The notes beneath the pieces were generated by a model. That model was not told the DNA's origin. It did not search any database and worked only from the letters and a program-made list of their open reading frames with translations. Position numbers and translations under genes: made by a program. This document shows, one piece after another, positions 46,784-54,732 of a DNA stretch of 64,000 nucleotides. The DNA is from Verrucomicrobiia bacterium (GTDB taxonomy: Bacteria; Verrucomicrobiota; Verrucomicrobiia; Limisphaerales; UBA9464). The DNA lies in the NCBI GenBank assembly GCA_019634635.1, contig JAHCBB010000005.1, positions 173,474-237,473 on the forward strand, given 5' to 3'. The first letter of the stretch is position 1; every line of letters starts with the position of its first letter.

Positions 46784-47461
46784 ATGAACAAGCTCCTGCT
46801 CCTCCCGATCCTCGTGACACTCGCCGGGCTGCAAGCCGCGGCCCAGGTCCCCAATGCCGGTCTCTCGCTGGCCATCACCCAGGCCCGCCAGCAGAATGCC
46901 ACGCTGATGCAGCAGTACTCGTGGAATTGCCGCACCGAACTGACGGAATACGGGACGGTCAAGGACACGCGGATCGACACCGTCACCTGGGGCCCCAACA
47001 ACCAGCCCCAGTACACAATCCTCAACGACATCCAGAACCCCCTGCCCCGCGGCTTCTTCAGGCGGCGCATCGCGGAGAACGAACGTCAACAGACGGAACA
47101 GTTCATCACCGGCCTGCGGACGTTCCTCCACCAATACACCCTGCCCTCTGCGGGACAGATGCTCAACTTCATCAGCAGCGCCGCCATTCCACCGCCGGAC
47201 GCCAACGGGGTCCTGCAACTCACCGGCGGCAGTGTCGTGGTCCCCGATGACAGCGTGTCCCTGTGGATCAGTGCCCCGACCAAGGCGACCCGCCGCATGA
47301 CAATCATGACCAGCTATCAGGGCCATTCGGTGAGCGTCACCGCCACGTGGAAGATGCTCGCCAACGGTCTGAACTACATGGCCTACGCCCAGATCAACGT
47401 GCCCGATGAAGGCATGATCCTCACGGTGCAGAATTACGACTACATCAACCAGGACCTCTGA
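46784..47461 (+). CDS. Secreted hypothetical protein (225 aa).
   Basis: Signal peptide MNKLLLLPILVTLAGLQAAAQ. It starts 5 nt after the FadL-like stop. No family recognised. Confidence 0.5.
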   Translation: MNKLLLLPILVTLAGLQAAAQVPNAGLSLAITQARQQNATLMQQYSWNCRTELTEYGTVKDTRIDTVTWGPNNQPQYTILNDIQNPLPRGFFRRRIAENERQQTEQFITGLRTFLHQYTLPSAGQMLNFISSAAIPPPDANGVLQLTGGSVVVPDDSVSLWISAPTKATRRMTIMTSYQGHSVSVTATWKMLANGLNYMAYAQINVPDEGMILTVQNYDYINQDL

Positions 47462-47517
47462 GGGCGGTCGGATCCGCGCCGGCCGTCAAACTCCGGTCAC
47501 TTCCACGGACGCATTTC

Positions 47518-50016
47518 ATGAAGCCTCTCCATCCTCTCGCGATCGTCCTTGTGTTGCTCCTCGGCCCGCTGTCCGCCCGCGGACAGGACGGCCAGACCGG
47601 TCAGCCGCTGGACCCGTTGTCGCTCGGCTGGCCGCGCACGTTTGCCTCGCAGGGCTACGAGTTTGCGGCGTACCAGCCGCAGATCACCCGGTGGCCGGGC
47701 AACCAGATTGAGGGGCGCTTCGCAGTGGCGGTCTGGCCCACCGGTACCACCAACGAAACCTATGGGGTGGCTTTTTTCCAGGCGCGGACCGAAATCGACA
47801 AGGTCAACCGCCTGGTGACGCTGGAGGACTTCCGGGTGACGAAAGTCAACTTCCCCACCCAACGAAACCACCAGGCGACGTATCAGGTCCTCCTGCAGGC
47901 CGAACTGCCCCCGGCCGCAAAGACCATTCCGCTGGACCACCTCGAATCGGTGTTCGTGGTGTCCGGCGAGATGGCGAAGGCCCGAATCGTCGCCGTGGAT
48001 AACACGCCACCGCGGATCATCTACACCACGCAACCGTCCCTGCTGGTCCTGGTGGACGGCCCGCCGCAGGTGGGTCCGCTGACCTCCGGCTTCGAACGGG
48101 TGCTCAACACGCGGTCCATCCTCCTCCAGAGCACCAACACGTTCACGCAGGGCTACTACCTGTACGCCGCGGACAACTGGTACACCGCGCCCTCCCTCGA
48201 CGGCCCGTGGTTGGTGACCCCGTTCCCGACACCCGACATGTCCGCGGCCCTTCAAACCGCGCTGGCCACGGGCCAGGTGGATCCCGCCACGCCCAAGACC
48301 CCCCTGCCGTCCCCGCTGACGGTCTACGTCTCCACCACCCCGGCGGAACTCCTCCAGAGCAGCGGCATGGCCAACCTGCAGTCACTCCCGGGCACGGACC
48401 TCCTCTATGTCGCCAACTCCGACCAGGCCATTTTCTACGACTTGGATGACGCGAACTACTACGTGCTGATCTCCGGGCGCTGGTTCAAGTCACCGGGCCT
48501 CTACGGCCCCTGGGCGTTCGTGCCGCCCGGGTCGCTCCCGAACCAGTTCCGGCAGATCCCGCCGGATGGCGCCAAGGCCAACGTGCTGGCTTCGGTTCCG
48601 GGAACTCCGATGGCGCAGGAGGCGCTGATCGCGAACACCATTCCCCAGACGGCCACCGTGCGCCGCGACCAGGCCACGCTCGCGGTGACGTACGTGGGCG
48701 CCCCCGCGTTCGCCCCCATCCAGGGCACCACGCTCTCCTACGCCACCAACACCGTGACTCCGGTCATCCAGGTCACTCCCGTATCCTACTACGCCTGCCA
48801 GAGCGGCATCTGGTTCCAGGCGCCAGGTCCCAACGGTCCGTGGGCGGTGGCCACCGCCGTTCCCGGTGCGATCTATGGCATTCCGGCAACCTGCCCGATT
48901 CACTATGTCACGTATGTGTACGTCTACGGCGCAACTCCCGGCGTGGTGTACGTCGGCTACACTCCGGGGTACGCGGGAACCGTGGTCGCCCCGGGCGGCG
49001 TCGTGGTTTACGGGACGGGATATGTCTATCCGCCGGTCGTGGTCGGGACCACCTATGTCAGTTATCCACCCACCTACGGATACGGAGCGGGGCTTGCCGT
49101 GGGCGCCGCGGCGGGATTCGCCTTTGGATATGCGGCGGGCGCCAGCTACGGCTGTTGGTACGAGCCCCATTGGGGCTGTTACAGCTACGCCTACCCGTAC
49201 GGATACAGCTACAGTCACGTGAATTGCAACGGGACCAGCTTCTACACGCACAGGGGAACTGCGGTCACCACCTCGGGGGCGTACGGATACAATCCCTACA
49301 CCGGCACTTCCTGGGGCGCACAGCATGCCTCCACCTTCAACCCCTACACCGGAACCTCCGGCGACTTGAACCGGGGCGCCGCCTACAATCCCTACACCGG
49401 CCAGGGCGCCGCGGGACGCAGCGGGTCGTGGTACAACCCGTACACCGGAGCCAGCGCGGCGGCGCGCGGCGGCGTGACCGGCAATGCCGCCACCGGCAAC
49501 TACGCCGCTGGACGCCAGGCCGCCGGATACAACCCGACCACCGGCACCTACGGCGCCGCCAGCAGGGGGGTCTCCGGCAACGCGTACACGGGCAGCGCCT
49601 CGGGCTACGACCGCGGGATCGTGGGCAACACCCAAACAGGAAACGCCGTGGGTTGGAATAACGGCAATCTCTACACGGACAAGAATGGCAACGTGAACCG
49701 GTACAGCGCGCCGACCGCGTCCTCCCAGGGCGGATGGAACCGGTACGGCAGCAGCGGTTGGAGTGACACGTATCGCCCATCAACTTCGTCCTGGTCGGAC
49801 AGCGGCTGGAACAGCTCCAATTGGAACCAATCGCGAGACGCATCTTCAGGACTGGACCGGGAGAGCTGGGGTCAGGCCACCGGCGGAGATCGCTGGGACT
49901 CTTGGAACCGGTCCGGCGGAGGTGGCTGGGGCGGATCTCACGGCTCTGATGGCTGGGGGGGCGGAGGCGGAGGCGGGGGCGGTTGGGGTGGGGGCGGATT
50001 TCGCGGACGACGGTGA
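47518..50016 (+). CDS. Secreted 832-aa protein with a C-terminal low-complexity region of [YF]NPYTG repeats and a Gly/Trp/Ser/Asn-rich tail ending in poly-Gly.
   Basis: Signal peptide MKPLHPLAIVLVLLLGPLSARG. C-terminal third: YNPYTGTSWGA, FNPYTGTSGD, YNPYTGQGAAG, YNPYTGASAAA, YNPTTGTYGAA, then ...SGWNSSNWNQS...GGGWGGSHGSDGWGGGGGGGGGWGGGGFRGRR. Also a Tyr/Gly/Val-rich segment VYVYGATPGVVYVGYTPGYAGTVVAPGGVVVYGTGYVYPPVVVGTTYVSY. Confidence 0.6.
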   Translation: MKPLHPLAIVLVLLLGPLSARGQDGQTGQPLDPLSLGWPRTFASQGYEFAAYQPQITRWPGNQIEGRFAVAVWPTGTTNETYGVAFFQARTEIDKVNRLVTLEDFRVTKVNFPTQRNHQATYQVLLQAELPPAAKTIPLDHLESVFVVSGEMAKARIVAVDNTPPRIIYTTQPSLLVLVDGPPQVGPLTSGFERVLNTRSILLQSTNTFTQGYYLYAADNWYTAPSLDGPWLVTPFPTPDMSAALQTALATGQVDPATPKTPLPSPLTVYVSTTPAELLQSSGMANLQSLPGTDLLYVANSDQAIFYDLDDANYYVLISGRWFKSPGLYGPWAFVPPGSLPNQFRQIPPDGAKANVLASVPGTPMAQEALIANTIPQTATVRRDQATLAVTYVGAPAFAPIQGTTLSYATNTVTPVIQVTPVSYYACQSGIWFQAPGPNGPWAVATAVPGAIYGIPATCPIHYVTYVYVYGATPGVVYVGYTPGYAGTVVAPGGVVVYGTGYVYPPVVVGTTYVSYPPTYGYGAGLAVGAAAGFAFGYAAGASYGCWYEPHWGCYSYAYPYGYSYSHVNCNGTSFYTHRGTAVTTSGAYGYNPYTGTSWGAQHASTFNPYTGTSGDLNRGAAYNPYTGQGAAGRSGSWYNPYTGASAAARGGVTGNAATGNYAAGRQAAGYNPTTGTYGAASRGVSGNAYTGSASGYDRGIVGNTQTGNAVGWNNGNLYTDKNGNVNRYSAPTASSQGGWNRYGSSGWSDTYRPSTSSWSDSGWNSSNWNQSRDASSGLDRESWGQATGGDRWDSWNRSGGGGWGGSHGSDGWGGGGGGGGGWGGGGFRGRR

Positions 50017-51602
50017 ACGGACGACGTCCACCGTGGGGAGACCGGAATCATCAATCCCGGGCCGCGGGCGATCTCCCATCACGGGCTCTTGCGGGGACGT
50101 CCCTGTCCTGCCGGATCCTGACCCTGGCAACATTGACCGCCATGGCCGGTTGGGGCGCCGAGGCGGGGGACCCCGCCCCCCTGAGACCATCCGGACCGTC
50201 GGAACACCCGGGCGAATTGCTCCAGTACGACTCATTGGGACGGCTGGTGGCGACTCCGACCAACGCCATCCCGCCGCCCCTCCTGCCGCCCCACTCGATG
50301 GGCATCCAGTCCCAGATCCCCAACCCGCCGCGCGGGTTGGGCCACGCGGATGCCACGATCCGACGGCGGATTGACGAGGTGCCGAGAGTCGGGTGGGAAT
50401 GGTTTCCCGCCGCCCCGCCTCCCCTGATGCCCTACCTCGCGGGCAACGACCGGCTCGGCAACACCTCCCTGCGCCCCGGCAGCCTCTTCGAGGTCACCCC
50501 CTGGGAGGGCGCCATTCAGGGGGCGAAATACGCGGCATCCACTTTCGGACTCAACTACTCCCTGGCTCAGACGTTGTCGGTCGTCGGCATGGGAAGCCCA
50601 CTTCAAGGCGACCGCTGGCTCGGCGCCTACGGGCTCGACTTCTTCGCGAAATGGACGGTGTTCAGCAGCCACGGCGGCGCCGCAGCGGGGTGGATCAGCA
50701 CGCAGATCGAGGCCCAGGAAGGGCTCGGAAGCGCCAGCCGGACGGAAACGCCGCAGTCCAATCTTGGCACCTTCACCAACCCCTCCGGGGCGTGGTCCTC
50801 GCGCCAGGGTTTCCGTATCCCGGAACTCGCCTGGCAGCAGTCCCTCGACCACGGACGCTTCGTGGCGCTGGCCGGAGTGGTCAGCCAGGGAAACTATCTG
50901 GACGCCAACACCTATGCCAACTCGGCACGCGGACAGTTCCTCAACTCCGCCCTGATCAACAGCATGGTGCTGCCGCTGCCCGACTACAACCTCGGCGCCA
51001 GCCTCCAATATCAGCCGCAGGACTCCTGGTTCGTTCAGGTCGGCGGCAGCGTCGGCAACACCCCCGCCGGCGCCGCGCCCTGGGTGGACTTCAGCCGGGA
51101 AACCTGGTCGGCGGTCGGCGAACTCGGCTTCACGACGCAGAATGTGGCCGGCTTGGGACCGGGCGCGTATCGCATCCAGCCGTTCATTGCCAGTGCCGGA
51201 GGACCGACGCAGGGCGGACTCGCCTTCAACCTTCAGCAGAGGCTCGGAGAGCAGGTGCCGGTCGGATGGTTCGGACGCTTCGGCGTCGGCGGTTCAGCGG
51301 TCACCCAGGCATCGGCACAGATCGGTACCGGATTCGTCGTCCAGGCGCCCCTGAGGCACCTTGGATTGATCCGTTCCCAACCCAATGACGGCTTCGGTGT
51401 GGGCGTCGTGTGGAGCCGGCCCTCACCGCAAGGGGACGGTCTCACGCCCTCCGACGAGACCGTGCTCGAACTGGGGTACGTCCTCCAGCTCACGCCCATG
51501 CTGCGCGTGCAGCCGGATCTGCAGATCGTATGGAATCCCGCCCAGAATCCCGACACGGACCGGGCGCTCGTCGTGCAACTTCAGCTCGACGCTTCCTGGT
51601 AG
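49983..51602 (+). CDS. Carbohydrate-selective porin, OprB family (outer-membrane beta-barrel). The start codon is uncertain.
   Basis: C-terminal signature LQLTPMLRVQPDLQIVWNPAQNPDTDRALVVQLQLDASW (compare OprB ...LQPDLQYIINPGG..., ending in an aromatic residue). The track ORF's ATG (49983) overlaps the upstream gene by 34 nt and leaves ~60 aa before the probable signal-peptide cleavage (LTLATLTAMAGWGAEA|GD), so a non-ATG internal start is likely. Confidence 0.55.
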   Translation: MGWGRISRTTVNGRRPPWGDRNHQSRAAGDLPSRALAGTSLSCRILTLATLTAMAGWGAEAGDPAPLRPSGPSEHPGELLQYDSLGRLVATPTNAIPPPLLPPHSMGIQSQIPNPPRGLGHADATIRRRIDEVPRVGWEWFPAAPPPLMPYLAGNDRLGNTSLRPGSLFEVTPWEGAIQGAKYAASTFGLNYSLAQTLSVVGMGSPLQGDRWLGAYGLDFFAKWTVFSSHGGAAAGWISTQIEAQEGLGSASRTETPQSNLGTFTNPSGAWSSRQGFRIPELAWQQSLDHGRFVALAGVVSQGNYLDANTYANSARGQFLNSALINSMVLPLPDYNLGASLQYQPQDSWFVQVGGSVGNTPAGAAPWVDFSRETWSAVGELGFTTQNVAGLGPGAYRIQPFIASAGGPTQGGLAFNLQQRLGEQVPVGWFGRFGVGGSAVTQASAQIGTGFVVQAPLRHLGLIRSQPNDGFGVGVVWSRPSPQGDGLTPSDETVLELGYVLQLTPMLRVQPDLQIVWNPAQNPDTDRALVVQLQLDASW

Positions 51603-51615
51603 GTGGCCGGCTACG

Positions 51616-52195
51616 GTTCGGGAAGCGCTCAGGACACCACGATGAGACTCTGAGCGGCTGGCTCCACGCCGCCCCGCGGAATGATTGGCCGCCCGGGGTC
51701 TCGGATCCTGGAGCTCATGCACATCCCGCGGCCCGCTTCCGGGTGCTGGGAGAATGGAGCAATGGATTCAGCGGCGAGGGGACCATCACCAACATCACGC
51801 CCTGCCTGTGGAGCGGCTGGACCGCGTCCTTTAATCTCAACGGAACTCTTCAAAGCGTCTGGAGCGCGCACCGCGCCGCCCGAAACGGCAATCGGTACAC
51901 CGTGACCAACGAGGCGTGGAACGTGGCGGTTCAACCGGGGCAGCGGCTCGTCCTTGGCTTCAATGCCTCTCCATCGTTCGCGCAAGCCGGCGCGCCTTGT
52001 CACTTCATGCTCCACGGCATCGTCACCGGTCAGTGGAACGTCATTCGTCAGGGCCGTTCCGGCACGACTTGCACGTTCGGCAATGCCTCCTGGAACGGTT
52101 CCCTCAAGGCCGGCGGCCACATGACCTTTGGGTTCAATGCCGATCCCGGCGGGACGATCATCCCGCCTTCGAACATCACGATCCGATGGGGCCTG
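51616..52195 (+). pseudogene. Decayed partial paralog of the AA10 LPMO gene, with CBM2 modules only (one CBM2 fused to the C-terminal half of another); no start, no catalytic domain.
   Basis: In-frame peptide ...AHAHPAARFRVLGEWSNGFSGEGTITNITPCLWSGWTASFNLNGTLQSVWSAHRAARNGNRYTVTNEAWNVAVQPGQRLVLGFNASPSFAQAGAPCHFMLHGIVTGQWNVIRQGRSGTTCTFGNASWNGSLKAGGHMTFGFNADPGGTIIPPSNITIRW. This is colinear with LPMO residues ~230-330 joined directly to its last ~60 residues. Nucleotide similarity to 31230-31560 and 32170-32350 is visible. Similarity starts just after the porin stop (51602). Confidence 0.55.
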
Positions 52196-52560
52196 CGGAT
52201 GATTTCCGCGCGGCCGGCAGGCCCGGCCCGCGATTGCCCGGGACGCTCGAAGGGCAGCCGCCTTCGGAGTCTCGTCTCAAGGGTCCCTCCACCCGCCCGG
52301 CTGTCGTGCGCCGACCGGACGGCCCCCGAACCTGCTGCGGTGCCGCATCGGGAACCCGGACCCCGGCGGACGACGGGTGTTCTCGCGAGTTTACAAATCG
52401 CTCCGGGAACCTTATCAGCGCTCGTAGCTCCGCTTGATCGCTCGATCCCGCATCCTGAACCGCCGGTGGTCTGCCACCCGCTCCTCCCCGGGGGCAACCC
52501 CCTGATCGAGGAGCCGGACACGCGCCGGAACCATTCTCCAGTCCCGAACCTGCATCCCCC

Positions 52561-54726
52561 ATGTCCGCCCTCATCGAAGTGGTCCTCACCGGATTCGCCC
52601 TCATCGTCCTTGCCGGTCTGCTCGCCTTCTTCCTGCTCTGCATCCGCAAGATCCAGCCCGGCCGCGCCGGCATCAAGACGGGCGCGGGCGGATTGAAGGT
52701 CGCCTTCGACTGGATGGTCCGGGTGCCGCTCGTCCAGACCTACCACATCATGGACATCTCCGTGAAGAAGCTGGAGATCGCCCGGAAGGGGAAGGATGGC
52801 CTCGTCTGCAAGGACAACATCCGCGCCGACATCACCGTGGCCTTCTACATCCGCGTGGAGGCCACGGAGGAGAGCGTCCGCAAGGTCGCCCAGATGCTCA
52901 CTCCCGAGCGGGTGTCCGATGTGAACCAGCTTCGCGAGCTGTTTGAGGCGAAGTTTTCCGAAGCCCTCAAGACCGCCGGCAAACAGATGGAGTTCCATGA
53001 GCTGTTCACCGAACGCATCAAGTTCCGCGACCAGATCCAGAACACCATCGGCAAGGATCTCGACGGTTTCCTGCTTCAGGACGTGGCCATTGACTACCTG
53101 GAGCAGACGCCGCTGGAGCAGCACGATCCCAGCAACGTCCTCGATGCCGAGGGCATCAAGAAGATCACCGAGATCACCCAGCGCGAGCGCGTTCTGGCCA
53201 ACGAATTCTCGCAGCGCACCCAGGTGCAGGTGGAAAAGGAGAATGCCGACGCCGACATTGCCAAGCGCGAGCAGCGGCGGCGCAACGAGGAGGATACCGC
53301 CCGGCAAAACCGCGCCATCACCGAGGTGCAGGCAAACGAGGAGGCGGAATCCCGGAAGGTGATCGAGTCCCGTCGCATGGAGGTCGAGTCCCGGCGGCTC
53401 GAGACCGAGGAGGCGATCCGTCTGCGCCAGGAGGATCTCAACCGCGCCGTCCAGGAGCGCGAGTACACGGTCCGCAAGGAGCGGGAGCGCCTTGAGCAGG
53501 AGGCCGTGCAGGAGGGTGAGGAGGCCCGCGTCCGTCGTGAGCGGACCGTGTCGCTCGCCGAGATGGACAAGGAGGTGAAGGTCGCCGACGCCGCCGTCGA
53601 GGTGGAACGGAAGCGCGCCACCGTGGTTGCCGAGCAGAAGGCCGTGACTCGTCAGGAGGAGGAGAAGCGCAACATCGAGGCCCGCATGACGGCCGAGCGG
53701 GTCCGCGAGGTCACGCTCATCGAGGCCGAGATGAACGCGAAAAAGGACCAGACCGAAAAGGTGGTGGCCTCCGAGGCCCAGAAGGAGTCCGGACGCAACC
53801 TGGCCGAGGCGGAGAAGATCCGGATCGTCACCGCCGCCGAAGCCGGCCGCGAGGCCGCCCTGCGCGAGGCGGAGCGGCTCCAGACGCTCGCCGATGCCGA
53901 GGCCAAGGTCGCCGACAAACGCCGCCACGCCGCCGAGCAGGAGGCCGAGGGCACTGCCGCCCGGGAGGCCGCCCGCGGGCTTGCCGAGGCCAGGGTCGCC
54001 ATCGCCATGGCCGAAGCCCGGAAGATCGAGGCCGGCGCCCTCAAGGACGTCGGCTTCGCCGAGGCCGCGGTGACCAAGGCCAAGGGCGACGTGCAGGCCG
54101 AGGTCACCGAAAGCCAGGCCCAGGCCGAGGCCGAGGGCACCAAGGACAAGGAACTCGCCGCCGCCGCCGGCATCGAGGCCCGGGGACTGGCCGAGGCGAG
54201 GGCCATCGAGGAGAAGGCGAAGTCCATGAAGCTCCTCCACGAGTCCGGACAGCAGCACGAGGAGTTTCGCCTCCGCCTGTCCAAGGACCGCGACGTCGAA
54301 CTGGCCGCCATCAACGTCCAGAAGGACATCGCCACGGCCGGCGCCCAGGTCGTTTCCGAGGCGCTCCGCCATGCCCGGATAGACATCGTCGGGGGCGAGA
54401 ATGATTTCTTCGAGAAGATCGTCCGCAGCATTGGTACCGGGAAGGCGGTGGACCGCGCGGTGCACAACAGCGCCACCCTCACGGATCTCAAGGACACCTT
54501 CTTCAATGGAGACCCCGGAGATTTCAAAGCCCGGCTCGCACAATGGGTGCAGGACTTTGGCATTCCCTCCGAGGACCTGAAGAACCTGACCCTGGCGGCG
54601 CTGCTGGCCCGGTTCCTCGCCGCCACCGACGATGCCGACCTGAAGTCCGCGATCCGCGCCGCGCTGGCGCAGGTGAAGGAGAAGGGGATGGGGGAGGCAA
54701 GCGCCCAGCAGGTGCTGCAGGCGTGA
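52561..54726 (+). CDS. Flotillin-like SPFH/band-7 protein (YqiK/FloT-like), 721 aa.
   Basis: N-terminal transmembrane helix (VVLTGFALIVLAGLLAFFLLCI). SPFH domain GIKTGAGGLKVAFDWMVRVPLVQTYHIMDISVKKLEIARKGKDGLVCKDNIRADITVAFYIRV. This is followed by a long Glu/Ala/Arg-rich flotillin-type coiled-coil and a C-terminal globular region. Confidence 0.75.
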   Translation: MSALIEVVLTGFALIVLAGLLAFFLLCIRKIQPGRAGIKTGAGGLKVAFDWMVRVPLVQTYHIMDISVKKLEIARKGKDGLVCKDNIRADITVAFYIRVEATEESVRKVAQMLTPERVSDVNQLRELFEAKFSEALKTAGKQMEFHELFTERIKFRDQIQNTIGKDLDGFLLQDVAIDYLEQTPLEQHDPSNVLDAEGIKKITEITQRERVLANEFSQRTQVQVEKENADADIAKREQRRRNEEDTARQNRAITEVQANEEAESRKVIESRRMEVESRRLETEEAIRLRQEDLNRAVQEREYTVRKERERLEQEAVQEGEEARVRRERTVSLAEMDKEVKVADAAVEVERKRATVVAEQKAVTRQEEEKRNIEARMTAERVREVTLIEAEMNAKKDQTEKVVASEAQKESGRNLAEAEKIRIVTAAEAGREAALREAERLQTLADAEAKVADKRRHAAEQEAEGTAAREAARGLAEARVAIAMAEARKIEAGALKDVGFAEAAVTKAKGDVQAEVTESQAQAEAEGTKDKELAAAAGIEARGLAEARAIEEKAKSMKLLHESGQQHEEFRLRLSKDRDVELAAINVQKDIATAGAQVVSEALRHARIDIVGGENDFFEKIVRSIGTGKAVDRAVHNSATLTDLKDTFFNGDPGDFKARLAQWVQDFGIPSEDLKNLTLAALLARFLAATDDADLKSAIRAALAQVKEKGMGEASAQQVLQA

Positions 54727-54732
54727 AGCGCG

